Shown piece by piece: positions 18,660-28,478 of a stretch of 64,000 nucleotides of DNA (within the stretch, counting starts at the first letter, position 1; every line of letters begins with the position of its first letter). Origin of the DNA: Patescibacteria group bacterium. GTDB lineage: Bacteria > Patescibacteriota > Patescibacteriia > UBA9934. The translations under genes and the position numbers were made by a program. Below the pieces are notes generated by a model. It was not told where the DNA came from. It worked only from the letters and a program-made list of their open reading frames with translations, and did no database searches. Where the stretch lies: the NCBI GenBank assembly GCA_041660165.1, contig JBAZWW010000005.1:16191-80190 (forward strand), read 5' to 3'.

Positions 18660-20480
18660 ATGCGAGCATTTTTTGCTGAGCCTCAGCGCGAATATCTGTT
18701 GATCGGTCTGTTGGCCGGGGCGTTTGGCGTTGATCTTTTTGTGCATGAGCCAATGGTGCTGTTTGTGATTGCCGGTCTGGCGGTGATCCCTACGTTTCTG
18801 AATGCGGGAAAAGCGATCGTACGATTCCGCATTAACATTGATACGTTCAATGCGTTTGCCGTGATTGTTTCATTTGCTACGGGCGAGGCCTATTCTGCGG
18901 GGTTTATTGCACTCATGCTGACGTTTGCGCGTTTGCTTGATTGGCGCACGGAACAGCGCACGGAAAACGCGGTTGAGGAACTGATGCGCTTGAAACCGCT
19001 CACGGCTTTGGTCGAGCGGAAGGGAAAAATGGTCGAGGTAAAGGCTGACACGATCAAGACAGGCGACATTGTTCTTGTGAAAAGTGGAGCGCGCGTGCCG
19101 GTTGACGGAGTGATCGTGAAGGGCGCCGGTCACGTCAACGAGGCCACGGTGACGGGAGAGTCTGAACCGATTGAGAAAATGGCCGGGGACCGCGTGATTA
19201 GCTCTACGCTTGTTGAGGCGGGAGCACTGACGGTTAGGGCAACGCAGGTTGGCAAGGACTCGACCATTGAGCGGATGGCGGAACTCATGCGCCAAGCGGG
19301 ACTTAAGAAATCGCACTCTGAGAAACTTGCAGACCGGTTTGCGATGATTTTTCTTCCGCTCGTGGGCGTGCTTGGCGTTGTAACGTATATCGCGACGCAA
19401 AATCTGTTGATGGTGGCCGCGCTTTTTTTGATCGCTTGCGCAGATGACATGGCGGTGGCAATTCCGCTGGCCATGACTGCCTCACTTGGCCAGGCTGCCA
19501 AGCGCGGGGTGATTGTGAAGGGTGGGCAAGCGCTTGAGGTGCTGGGCAAAATGCAGATTCTAGTGCTCGACAAAACGGGTACGCTGACACTTGGCAATCT
19601 TTCGGTGAGGAACGTCCGAGTGAACGAGGGAACCTCAAAAGATACTTTTTGGAAAGCACTAGCTTCTGCAGAGAAGTATTCAGAGCATCCCGTTGGACGT
19701 TCGGCGTATAAGGAGGCTGTCCGCAGGGTTGGCGAGGCGAGTGATCCAGACGAGTTCAAACTCTATAAAGGAAGCGGGGTGGTTGTTCGAGTCGGGAATG
19801 ATAAGATTGTGGCTGGCACTGAGCGTCTGTTTGCCGAGCTTGGTTTGAGCGCGCCAAAATCTTTCGAGGGGGCACTTGGTTCCGTGTTTTGGGTGGCGGT
19901 GAATGGCAAGGAAATCGGGGCGGTTGAGGTGGCAGACGTTCCACGCCCTGAGGCAGGGAAGAGTTTGCGAAGGCTGAAGAAACTCGGCGTCAAGAGGGTC
20001 ATCATGTTTACGGGGGACAATGAACGGGTAGCGACTGAGGTAGCTAAGGCGCTTGGCATCAAGGAGTATCGCTCGGCCATGACTCCTGAAGCAAAACTGC
20101 GGGCGCTTGAAGAGCTTTTGCCTGAGGGGCCAGTGGGTATGCTTGGCGATGGTGTGAATGATGCGCCAGCACTGGCGCGCGCTGATGTGGGCATTGCTAT
20201 GGGTAGCGGGGGAGCCGCGGTGTCCGTTGAGGCGGCGGATATTGTTATCATGACGGATGATCTCTCGCGTTTACCGGAGATGGTTGAACTTGGCAGAAGG
20301 ACATTTGCAGTGGTGAAGGGTGATGCGGTTATTTGGGTGTTGTCGAACGTTATTGGCTTTGGCCTTGTTTTTACTGGCATTGCCGGCCCGGCCCTGGCCG
20401 CCTTTTATAACTTTGCCACGGATTTCCTGCCACTCATGAACTCCAGCCGGCTGTTCCGGCGAGCCCGTCAACAGAAATAG
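18660..20480 (+). CDS. P-type ATPase (P1B-like topology, cation-transporting)
   Basis: TGES actuator, DKTGTLT phosphorylation site, GDGVNDAPAL hinge; 4+2+2 TM; TM6 has CAD in place of the canonical CPC. Confidence 0.85.
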   Translation: MRAFFAEPQREYLLIGLLAGAFGVDLFVHEPMVLFVIAGLAVIPTFLNAGKAIVRFRINIDTFNAFAVIVSFATGEAYSAGFIALMLTFARLLDWRTEQRTENAVEELMRLKPLTALVERKGKMVEVKADTIKTGDIVLVKSGARVPVDGVIVKGAGHVNEATVTGESEPIEKMAGDRVISSTLVEAGALTVRATQVGKDSTIERMAELMRQAGLKKSHSEKLADRFAMIFLPLVGVLGVVTYIATQNLLMVAALFLIACADDMAVAIPLAMTASLGQAAKRGVIVKGGQALEVLGKMQILVLDKTGTLTLGNLSVRNVRVNEGTSKDTFWKALASAEKYSEHPVGRSAYKEAVRRVGEASDPDEFKLYKGSGVVVRVGNDKIVAGTERLFAELGLSAPKSFEGALGSVFWVAVNGKEIGAVEVADVPRPEAGKSLRRLKKLGVKRVIMFTGDNERVATEVAKALGIKEYRSAMTPEAKLRALEELLPEGPVGMLGDGVNDAPALARADVGIAMGSGGAAVSVEAADIVIMTDDLSRLPEMVELGRRTFAVVKGDAVIWVLSNVIGFGLVFTGIAGPALAAFYNFATDFLPLMNSSRLFRRARQQK

Positions 20481-20530
20481 CCAGAAGTTCGTGCTATGCT
20501 GTATAAAAATATATTATTTATTAGAGGCAT

Positions 20531-22306
20531 ATGACGATGGTGAAGCGGTTTATTGGGGGAGTTGCAGTGTGTTCTGTGCTCCTTGGTCTGATCGGGCCAG
20601 TATCAGTCTCGGCAGCCACCACGGCGCCAACTCTTGGCGCGGCATCCGGGTATTCAGTTTTTGGCAGTGCCGGAGTAACGGACGCGGGCGGGTCATCTAT
20701 GTGGGGAGATGTAGGTGAGAACGGCGCCGGAGACGGCAGTACCGCAGGCGAGATGGCAGGTTCACTGCATACCGTGGCAGAACCTACGGTTGTCAGCGCA
20801 ATTTCTTCAGCCTATGGTGATTTGAACACCCAAGCGCAAACGGGCGTTGGTATCCTTGACCTGCACGGGTCTCCTTCAGTTGGACCTGGCGTATATGACG
20901 TAGCCGCTACCGCCTTTGACTCAACCCTGACACTGACTGGAGCGGGCGTGTATATTTTTAGGAGTACATCAAGTATTGCGCAGAGCGCAGGCGGGACCAT
21001 GCTTTTGACGGGCGGAGCTACCGCTTGCAATGTTTACTGGCAGATTCCTAACTCCATGACCTTTGCCGCCGCGGGGAGCATTGCCGGCACCATTATTACG
21101 AACACCGGCCTCATCTCAATGGTTTCGGGCGTGTCTTTGCAGGGCCGGGCGTGGGCGCACACCGCCGTAACCCTGGATAATGACACAATCACTGAACCGG
21201 TTTGTGCGGCTGCTCCTCCGGTGGCTTCCAGCACGTACACTGGCACGATTAATGTGGTGAAGCTGGTGGTGAATGATAACGGAGGGACCAAGACGGTTTC
21301 GGATTTTCCGCTGTTTGTAAACACCGTTCCCGTTACTTCCGGATTCACCAATAGTTTTCCTGCAAATTCCACCTTGTACACGGTGAGCGAAACGAATAAT
21401 GCTGGCTACGCACATACTTTTTCTGGTGATTGTGATGAGAATGGCGTCATGTATTTACAAGGGGCTCAGCACCTGTTTTGTATCATAACCAATAATGACA
21501 TTGGTCCAGCTATTATTGTTCCGCCTGTGCCACCGGTGATTGATGTGGTGAAGGTGCCGAGTCCCCTGGCCTTGCCGGCAGGTCCCGGATCCGTTACCTA
21601 CACCTATACCGTTCGCAACATTGGGACCGTACCAATGACGAATGTCACGCTGGTGGGTGATACCTGTAGTCCGATCGTGCTGTCTTCTGGCGATGCGAAC
21701 TCGGATGCCACGCTTCAAGTGAGTGAAACATGGACTTTCCGTTGTACCACCGTGCTCCAGGCTACGCACACCAATACGGTGGTGGCCACGGGTTGGGCCA
21801 ACGGGATCAGTGCTACGGACATTGCCAGCGCCACGGTGATTGTGGGTACGCCTGTTGTTCCACCGCTTATTCACGTCACAAAAGTGCCGAGTCCCCTTGC
21901 GCTTCGGGCTGGCGGGGGAGCGGTAACGTATACGGAAAAGATTACCAATCCAGGCACTGTCGCGCTCAGTAACGTCCGGTTGGTTGACGACAAGTGTAGT
22001 CCTATGGCGTACGTCTCCGGAGACGCGAATAATGATTCGCTTCTTCAGACAACGGAGACCTGGACATACACTTGCCGAGCCAATCTTACGGCCACAATGA
22101 CGAATACGGCTATTGCCACGGGCGAGGGCAACGGCTACACGGTTCGGGACATTGCCATTGCTACGGTAGTGGTAGCCGCCGCGGTTCCAGCCTTGCCAAA
22201 CGCTGGTTTTGGCCCAACGGAGATGAACATGCTGTGGGCACTCCTGGCCTCCGGCGCATCGGTGGCTTCTCTCTTATTCATCTTGAGGAAGAAACAAAAC
22301 GCCTAG
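20531..22306 (+). CDS. sortase-anchored surface protein: ice-binding-like (DUF3494) domain + two DUF11 repeats + LPNAG sorting signal
   Basis: signal peptide; LGAASGYSVFGSAGVTDAGG.. beta-helix-like region; two ~100-aa repeats (VTKVPSPLAL...TETWTYTC); C-terminal LPNAG + TM + RKKQNA. Confidence 0.75.
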   Translation: MTMVKRFIGGVAVCSVLLGLIGPVSVSAATTAPTLGAASGYSVFGSAGVTDAGGSSMWGDVGENGAGDGSTAGEMAGSLHTVAEPTVVSAISSAYGDLNTQAQTGVGILDLHGSPSVGPGVYDVAATAFDSTLTLTGAGVYIFRSTSSIAQSAGGTMLLTGGATACNVYWQIPNSMTFAAAGSIAGTIITNTGLISMVSGVSLQGRAWAHTAVTLDNDTITEPVCAAAPPVASSTYTGTINVVKLVVNDNGGTKTVSDFPLFVNTVPVTSGFTNSFPANSTLYTVSETNNAGYAHTFSGDCDENGVMYLQGAQHLFCIITNNDIGPAIIVPPVPPVIDVVKVPSPLALPAGPGSVTYTYTVRNIGTVPMTNVTLVGDTCSPIVLSSGDANSDATLQVSETWTFRCTTVLQATHTNTVVATGWANGISATDIASATVIVGTPVVPPLIHVTKVPSPLALRAGGGAVTYTEKITNPGTVALSNVRLVDDKCSPMAYVSGDANNDSLLQTTETWTYTCRANLTATMTNTAIATGEGNGYTVRDIAIATVVVAAAVPALPNAGFGPTEMNMLWALLASGASVASLLFILRKKQNA

Positions 22307-22313
22307 TAAATTA

Positions 22314-23030
22314 GTGAAGGAAGGAAGCGTTGAGCCGTACGAATTTTCGTCCGGCTCTTCGTGTATCAGGCTTATGCGGAACTGGCTATTGAACATTTTG
22401 GCGGGCTGCGCCATGACGCTAGCGCTTTTTGGTCTGCTCCTGTACCACGGAGTACTTTCTTATGCGGCCGTTCCAGCAAGCGTGATCGTCCCGTCAGAAG
22501 CGCGGTTGACAGCAACGGCGTCGGCACCTGTGCTGGCGGGAAAGATTGAAGCCACAGCCGCAAAGAAGATTATTAAAAAAACGGCACCGACGTCTCGGCT
22601 CTCTATTCCGAGCCTTGGTGTGAATGCAATTATTGAACATGTTGGGTTGACCGCGCAGGGATCCATGGGCGTACCAAGAGATCCCATGAACGCCGGTTGG
22701 TATGAGTTTGGTCCGCGTCCCGGAGAACTAGGGAGCGCGGTTATTGATGGGCATGTTAACTGGTTTAGGGGGGCAACTGGGGTATTTGCCAATCTTCAAT
22801 TGGTGAAACCTGGTGCAAAAATTACGGTGCGCAGTGAGGATGGCAAGGCCGTTACTTTTGTGGTTCATGAGGTGAGAACGTTCGACCCATCTGCGAATGC
22901 GGAGGAGATTTTTAGCTCGGGCGATGGCCAATCGCATTTAAATCTTATCACCTGCGGGGGAGTGTGGGATAAGAAGACTCAGCAATATTCCGAGCGGATT
23001 GTGGTCTTTGCTGATAAAATAGGAGAATAA
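22314..23030 (+). CDS. sortase family transpeptidase
   Basis: N-terminal TM, catalytic His (VIDGHVNWF), TLxTC motif as NLITCGG, conserved Arg region. Confidence 0.8.
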   Translation: MKEGSVEPYEFSSGSSCIRLMRNWLLNILAGCAMTLALFGLLLYHGVLSYAAVPASVIVPSEARLTATASAPVLAGKIEATAAKKIIKKTAPTSRLSIPSLGVNAIIEHVGLTAQGSMGVPRDPMNAGWYEFGPRPGELGSAVIDGHVNWFRGATGVFANLQLVKPGAKITVRSEDGKAVTFVVHEVRTFDPSANAEEIFSSGDGQSHLNLITCGGVWDKKTQQYSERIVVFADKIGE

Positions 23031-23035
23031 GTCGA

Positions 23036-23185
23036 ATGGCAACGGTCACCGTTGCCTCCGCGGTGCCGATACTCCCGAATACCGGGTATACTCCAACAGT
23101 AATGAATCTCCTTTGGACTATGCTCGCCACTGCCTTCTCAGGACTGTCGCTCATTTTCGTCTTGCGTACTGCCAAACAGATATAA
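23036..23185 (+). CDS. 49-aa peptide consisting only of a sortase sorting signal (LPNTG + TM + basic tail)
   Basis: not in ORF track (<60 aa); MATVTVASAVPILPNTGYTPTVMNLLWTMLATAFSGLSLIFVLRTAKQI; paralogous to C-terminus of 20531..22306. Confidence 0.45.
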   Translation: MATVTVASAVPILPNTGYTPTVMNLLWTMLATAFSGLSLIFVLRTAKQI

Positions 23186-23186
23186 T

Positions 23187-23684
23187 ATGAAAAATATCGC
23201 GTTTATCACCATGGGTTTTGCGGGGGGAATCGTTGGAACAAGCTTGATCGTCTCAGTCTTCCTTCTTTCAAAGAAACCAATTACACATCATATGCCCTTT
23301 CAAACGAACATCATGAAAGTTACCGCGGATAACACGGATTTCAGGCACGTCATCTTTACTGGTGCAACGTCTCAATTGGTGGTTATGAGCATTCCGCCAG
23401 GAGGAGAGGTAGGCCAGGAGACACACAAGGACGTTGAACAAATGCTGTACTTCCAAACAGGCACGGGCGAGGCCATTTTGGACGGCAAGACGTCAGCCAT
23501 TGTTCCTGGCGATATTGTTGTGGTCACCCCAGGAACACAGCACAACTTCAAGAACACGGGAAAGGTGCCCATGAAGATCATGACCATGTACGCTCCGCCG
23601 AATCATATTGACGGGCGTATTCAAAAGACAAAGGCAGACGCAGATAAAGACAAGGCAGATGAGGCTTTTGGCGAGGCGCAGTAA
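23187..23684 (+). CDS. membrane-anchored cupin-domain protein
   Basis: N-terminal TM then cupin_2 motifs (GQETHKDVEQMLYFQTGTG..PGTQHNFKNTG). Confidence 0.65.
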   Translation: MKNIAFITMGFAGGIVGTSLIVSVFLLSKKPITHHMPFQTNIMKVTADNTDFRHVIFTGATSQLVVMSIPPGGEVGQETHKDVEQMLYFQTGTGEAILDGKTSAIVPGDIVVVTPGTQHNFKNTGKVPMKIMTMYAPPNHIDGRIQKTKADADKDKADEAFGEAQ

Positions 23685-23685
23685 T

Positions 23686-26600
23686 ATGCTTCACAAGCGC
23701 ATAAGTTTTTGGCTTAAGCACCGATTACATCGGATCATTTTGCCGATTCTTGTTGCGATCACGGTACCAACATTGACAGCTTCACTCCTTCTCCATCCCG
23801 CCTACGCAGCGACCATTACGTGGGACGGCGGTGGTGCGGATGGCACATGTGGTGGCGGAGCAGGAGACGGAAACAAATGGTCATGTGCGTTGAACTGGTC
23901 GGGTGACACTCTGCCGGGTGCCGGTGATGCGGTTGTGTTTGATGCAACCTCGACTAAGAACGCCACGGTTGATGCAGGATTTGCGGGAACGGTGACGAGT
24001 ATCAGCATGAACGCTGGTTATACGGGAACCATCACCATGGCCAGATCACTTACGACGAGTGCGATATTCACCCAGGCTGACGGAGTATTTACCGCAGACA
24101 GCCAGTCGTTAACGATCGGCACAGACTTCTCATTGACGGGCGGTGCGTTTACCGCTTCATCGGGTACCATGTTGATTGGTGGGAACTTCACGCACTCGGC
24201 AGGAACGTTTACGCACAATAGTGGAACGGTACGGCTCTCGGGTGCAACCCCGACACTTTCTGGTGCTACTACGTTTAACAATTTTTACGTTGCAACAACG
24301 ACAAATCTTGACGTCACGTTGACGTTGCCTGCGTCGCTTACCACGACAGTGCTTGGCACTACGCGACTTTTAGCCAGTACGCATAACACGCCTGCTGATA
24401 ATAAGCTGACAATTGTCAGTAGTTCTTCCGGTGTTCAGACGAGCGTGGATTTTCAGGGGACTCTCGCCATGTTCGCAGCTCATGTTACTGATGTGAATAA
24501 TGTTGGAGCTAGTCAAATACATTGTTATTCCCAATGCATTGACAACGGAAACAATACGAACGTTCGGTTCGGCGAACCGGGATTTGTGATTACGCAAGCA
24601 TCTAATAATGTGACAGAGGCTGGTGCAACTGCAACGTTTACCGTGGCACTTCGTGGCAAGCCCACCGCGAACGTGACCATTCCTGTATCGGCATCAGACT
24701 CTACAGAGGCAAGCGTTTCACCCGCCTCTCTTGTTTTCACCTCGTTAAATTACGTAACCCCGCAGACCGTTACCGTTACGGGCGTTGATGACACCACGGA
24801 TGACGGAGGGATCGCTTCCTCCATCGTCCTTGCTGTTCCCACGAGCGCTGACACGCTCTATGGTGTTTTGAATCCCGTAGACGTTTCCCTCTTTACTGAA
24901 GACGATGATCAGGATTTGATGACCGTTGATTTTGATAATAGCGCAACGTTGACCGAAGAAGATGTGAAAGGCACCGTCGCCTGGTTTGATCGGACAGATC
25001 AGGGCGAGGGCGTTTTCCGTACGGGAGATGGCGGATCTGCGGTGAGTCTGACCGGTACGAAGATCCTGCCGGGTTGTCGGGCCACAGTTGGCGGAGTTGA
25101 TTATCGAATTTTACGGGTAAGCCCGATCACTACCGGACAAGCGCTTCTCACGGACGGCATAACGTCTCCTGATCAAATATATCTCACACTTGTTGATTCC
25201 GCGGTTTCAAAGATTGTTTGCACCACAGAGCCGGTTGATACTGCTCAACTTGGCGGTAGCACCTCGCGTATTTCTGTTGGGAGTTTGAATCTCTTGTCGG
25301 CCGGTGCCGGACACGGTGGAATTTTGGCGGATGAAACGAATGGACGTATTTGGTTGGGTAACGCCGGTGTTCCGGCTTTGATCGAGGTTTCAATGGCTAC
25401 CGGTCTTGAAGTAGCAAGAAAATCAATGACCAGTTATTCATATAATTTCGTCCTTGATCCGACGCGAAATAGGCTTTGGTTTGCCGATTATAATAGTAAC
25501 AAATTGGTTGCGTTTGATGCGGGTACGGGTGATTATGCATTCGGGACGCTTGGGGCGAGTTCATTTACGGTTTCTGGCCATGCATGGGATGTAGTGTATA
25601 ACCCAGACCTTGATGAGATTTGGGTTGCTACCTTACCGTCGAGCAAACTCATAAGAGTGAATTCAGCAAATGGAGCAGTGATAGATACGGTCGTTTTGGG
25701 CATTGAGGCTAATGGAATTGTTTATGATTCCATTCAGCACGCTGTTTGGATTTCTGGTGGCAATACTTTCAGTACCGCTCTGTATAAATTCTCAGCAACA
25801 ACGGGGACGTTTGCGAATGGAACGTTATTAGCGAGTACGTACCCGATCCCCGGATATGCGGACAGCGGGGACGACTCGATTCGTTTTGACGCGACAAGAA
25901 ATACTATTTGGGTGCTGTCTGCATTTGAAGCTGACGGCGCTGATCCGTTGGTAAAAGTAGACGCCGCAACGGGAAATGTCCTGGCTTCATATGACACGGG
26001 TACTTATGCAGAGGGTCTTGATGTTGATACGGTTCTAGGCAGGGTATATGTTGGTTATTCTAACGTTGATCTTGGGCCTCCTGGAGGCGAATCAACAGGG
26101 GTCATTGTATTTGATGCGGATACCGGTGATCGATTGGCCACATATCCTATAAGTGGCGGTCTTCTGCAATTCGCCTTTCAAAGCAACAACACGCTTTGGA
26201 GCTACAGTTCCTATCCTGATAATGAGTTGGATCAGTTAATAATTGGCGCATCTCCCGCCGGTAAGTACTACACCACGCTCACGACTGCATCTTCAAACCT
26301 CGACTTTGCCGGGACAAACAAAATGGCCTCGGCGGTTGCCTCAGAATCTCTCGATGGCGGGAATGCTTACTACACAATTTCTTTCAATGCTCGGCAGAGT
26401 TTTAAGGTCTTTAGTGGTGGCTGGAGAACGGTCGCGTCGAGTTTGGCCACTGACCACGGTGGCGTTAACGGCAATTGGTATTACAGGAACGATGCAAGCG
26501 CGTGGTCGGTGGCGCCGACGAACACTTCTGCGGAAGCAATTTCTCTTGCGGTCGAGAATGGCGCCACGAACAATCGGATGACGGGTACGAATCTCTCTGG

Positions 26601-27711
26601 AATCTCTCCCGGCAATTGGGCAAATACGGGAGGTTTCTCCACCACAACTGCCAATCTTGATCTGGCCGTCACTCTTGAAGCTGACAGCGTGACCAGCAAC
26701 CCCGCGGTTGACTCTGTAGTGTTTACGCTGGCAGGCGAGGGTTCTTCCGTTGCGCAGAGTGTGACGAACGCATCTGTTTCGATTGCTGACGACGAAACGT
26801 GCACCCCGACCGCTGATACCTCGCTTCACCTTGTGGCAGCGAACGCTTCGAGCGTCCGCGTGTCAAACGAACCGTTCGCCGTGGGAGACTCGAGCGAATA
26901 CATTTCGTTTGTTGCGGATGAGAATATCCCCATTACGCCAAGCGCCTCAGGCTCATTTATTCGTACGATGACCCTACCGTGGACTCTTTCTTCGGGTGAT
27001 GGTGAGAAGACCGTCTACGCGCAGTTCCGTACCGCAACCGGAGGCGTGTCTTCCGAGGTCTCGGACACGATCACTCTTTCGGCCGCGTGTTCTGTCATTC
27101 CGCCGGTTGAACCCGTAGTGCCCGTTGAACCTCCCGCTGAGCCCGCGGTCCCTCCGGTTTTACCAGCTGAGCCAGTTCAGCCAACTGTTCCTCTTCTTGA
27201 GGCTGGTTCTTATGTGAGAACGGCGTCCTCTTCCGCGGTCTACTATATTAGTGCTGATGGTCTGCGTCGGCCGTTCTATTCTGCCACGGAGTTCTTTACG
27301 TATGAGAAGGACTTTTCTCAGGTGCGTGTATTGGCTGATGAAGAGCTGAGAAACTATCCCATTGGCAAGCCTATGCCGCCAAAGCCTGGCGTGGTACTTT
27401 TGAAAATGGTGAGTTCGCCCGATGTATATGCATTTGATCCAAATGCTACGATAGACAATCCGCTTATCCACTTGATTCCAACAGAAATTCTGGCCGTTCA
27501 GTTGTTTGACACGCACTGGGCTGATTACATTATTGATCTTGACCCTACGGCCTTTGTTCATCTCACTATTGGGGACCCGTTGAATGGCCACTCAACCGTT
27601 GATGCTACACATCTCATGAGACGAGTGGCGATTGTTGAGCGAATAGCCAGCTTCCTTAGATCTGTTGTGTCCCAAATTGAAGGTTTCGTAATGAATTTGT
27701 TCGGAAGGTAA
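23686..27711 (+). CDS. very large exported protein with Calx-beta/cadherin-like domain, YVTN-type beta-propeller repeats and Pro-rich linker
   Basis: N-terminal signal/TM; FVITQASNNVTEAGATATFTVALRG..VTVTGVDD; six or more ~40-aa repeats (..IWV.., ..KLV.FDA.TG..); PPVEPVVPVEPPAEPAVPPVLPAEPVQP linker; start chosen at Met right after cupin stop. Confidence 0.7.
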   Translation: MLHKRISFWLKHRLHRIILPILVAITVPTLTASLLLHPAYAATITWDGGGADGTCGGGAGDGNKWSCALNWSGDTLPGAGDAVVFDATSTKNATVDAGFAGTVTSISMNAGYTGTITMARSLTTSAIFTQADGVFTADSQSLTIGTDFSLTGGAFTASSGTMLIGGNFTHSAGTFTHNSGTVRLSGATPTLSGATTFNNFYVATTTNLDVTLTLPASLTTTVLGTTRLLASTHNTPADNKLTIVSSSSGVQTSVDFQGTLAMFAAHVTDVNNVGASQIHCYSQCIDNGNNTNVRFGEPGFVITQASNNVTEAGATATFTVALRGKPTANVTIPVSASDSTEASVSPASLVFTSLNYVTPQTVTVTGVDDTTDDGGIASSIVLAVPTSADTLYGVLNPVDVSLFTEDDDQDLMTVDFDNSATLTEEDVKGTVAWFDRTDQGEGVFRTGDGGSAVSLTGTKILPGCRATVGGVDYRILRVSPITTGQALLTDGITSPDQIYLTLVDSAVSKIVCTTEPVDTAQLGGSTSRISVGSLNLLSAGAGHGGILADETNGRIWLGNAGVPALIEVSMATGLEVARKSMTSYSYNFVLDPTRNRLWFADYNSNKLVAFDAGTGDYAFGTLGASSFTVSGHAWDVVYNPDLDEIWVATLPSSKLIRVNSANGAVIDTVVLGIEANGIVYDSIQHAVWISGGNTFSTALYKFSATTGTFANGTLLASTYPIPGYADSGDDSIRFDATRNTIWVLSAFEADGADPLVKVDAATGNVLASYDTGTYAEGLDVDTVLGRVYVGYSNVDLGPPGGESTGVIVFDADTGDRLATYPISGGLLQFAFQSNNTLWSYSSYPDNELDQLIIGASPAGKYYTTLTTASSNLDFAGTNKMASAVASESLDGGNAYYTISFNARQSFKVFSGGWRTVASSLATDHGGVNGNWYYRNDASAWSVAPTNTSAEAISLAVENGATNNRMTGTNLSGISPGNWANTGGFSTTTANLDLAVTLEADSVTSNPAVDSVVFTLAGEGSSVAQSVTNASVSIADDETCTPTADTSLHLVAANASSVRVSNEPFAVGDSSEYISFVADENIPITPSASGSFIRTMTLPWTLSSGDGEKTVYAQFRTATGGVSSEVSDTITLSAACSVIPPVEPVVPVEPPAEPAVPPVLPAEPVQPTVPLLEAGSYVRTASSSAVYYISADGLRRPFYSATEFFTYEKDFSQVRVLADEELRNYPIGKPMPPKPGVVLLKMVSSPDVYAFDPNATIDNPLIHLIPTEILAVQLFDTHWADYIIDLDPTAFVHLTIGDPLNGHSTVDATHLMRRVAIVERIASFLRSVVSQIEGFVMNLFGR

Positions 27712-27757
27712 GTTTACGTATTGCGATAAGGCGGTGTTTGCGTTAGGCTCTTTGAAT

Positions 27758-27913
27758 ATGAAATGTCCTATCTGCAATTACGACATGCACGTTGAATCTA
27801 CCAGAACAACTTATGATGCCTCGGGCCGGAAGGCTTATGACTGGTCAAAACAGATGTGTAAGCGCGATGATGTGTGGATTGAGCTTGAAACCCCGCAGAA
27901 AGAACAGGAGTAG
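27758..27913 (+). CDS. small Cys-containing (zinc-ribbon-like) peptide, translationally coupled to next gene
   Basis: MKCPICNYDMH...C; AGGAG RBS for next gene lies in its 3' end; below ORF-track size cutoff. Confidence 0.35.
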   Translation: MKCPICNYDMHVESTRTTYDASGRKAYDWSKQMCKRDDVWIELETPQKEQE

Positions 27914-27917
27914 GAGT

Positions 27918-28448
27918 ATGCAACTCATTTTTTTGTACGGCCCGCCGGCGGTGGGAAAGCTGACTATTGCCAAGGAGCTGTCTAGGTTGACGAGCATCCC
28001 GCTCGCGGACAACCACTCGCTCGTGAATCCGATTGCGCAGATTTTCGGGTGGGATCACCCGGAGCGGAGCCGTTTGGGACACGAGTTCAGAATCGAGCTT
28101 TTTCGCTCAGCGGCCAGAGCCGGTAAGAGCTTGATTACCACCTTTGGCGGAGGAGGAGAGACATACGATGATTTTATCCAGGAGGCAAAGAAGGTTGTTG
28201 AGGACAATGGAGGCCAGATAATTTTTGTGCATTTGATCGCCTCAAAGGACGTTTTGCTTCAGCGCGTGCATGGAGATTCGAGGTCCGCGCATCTCAAAAT
28301 GACCACGACCGAGGCCCTTTTAAAACAGTTGGAGGGCGTGCCCGATGTTTTCGCTGGGGCGCTGGTGGGCGAGCATCTTGAAATAGATACTTCGGAGCAA
28401 TCGCCGGAAGAGTCTGCAGGATTGATCCTGGCCGAGCTAAAAAGATGA
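27918..28448 (+). CDS. P-loop kinase, chloramphenicol-phosphotransferase-like/AAA-family small kinase
   Basis: Walker A GPPAVGKLT at N-terminus, ~176 aa. Confidence 0.55.
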   Translation: MQLIFLYGPPAVGKLTIAKELSRLTSIPLADNHSLVNPIAQIFGWDHPERSRLGHEFRIELFRSAARAGKSLITTFGGGGETYDDFIQEAKKVVEDNGGQIIFVHLIASKDVLLQRVHGDSRSAHLKMTTTEALLKQLEGVPDVFAGALVGEHLEIDTSEQSPEESAGLILAELKR

Positions 28449-28478
28449 CAAGGGCGTTCGTTCGGTCTATCTTAAGGT

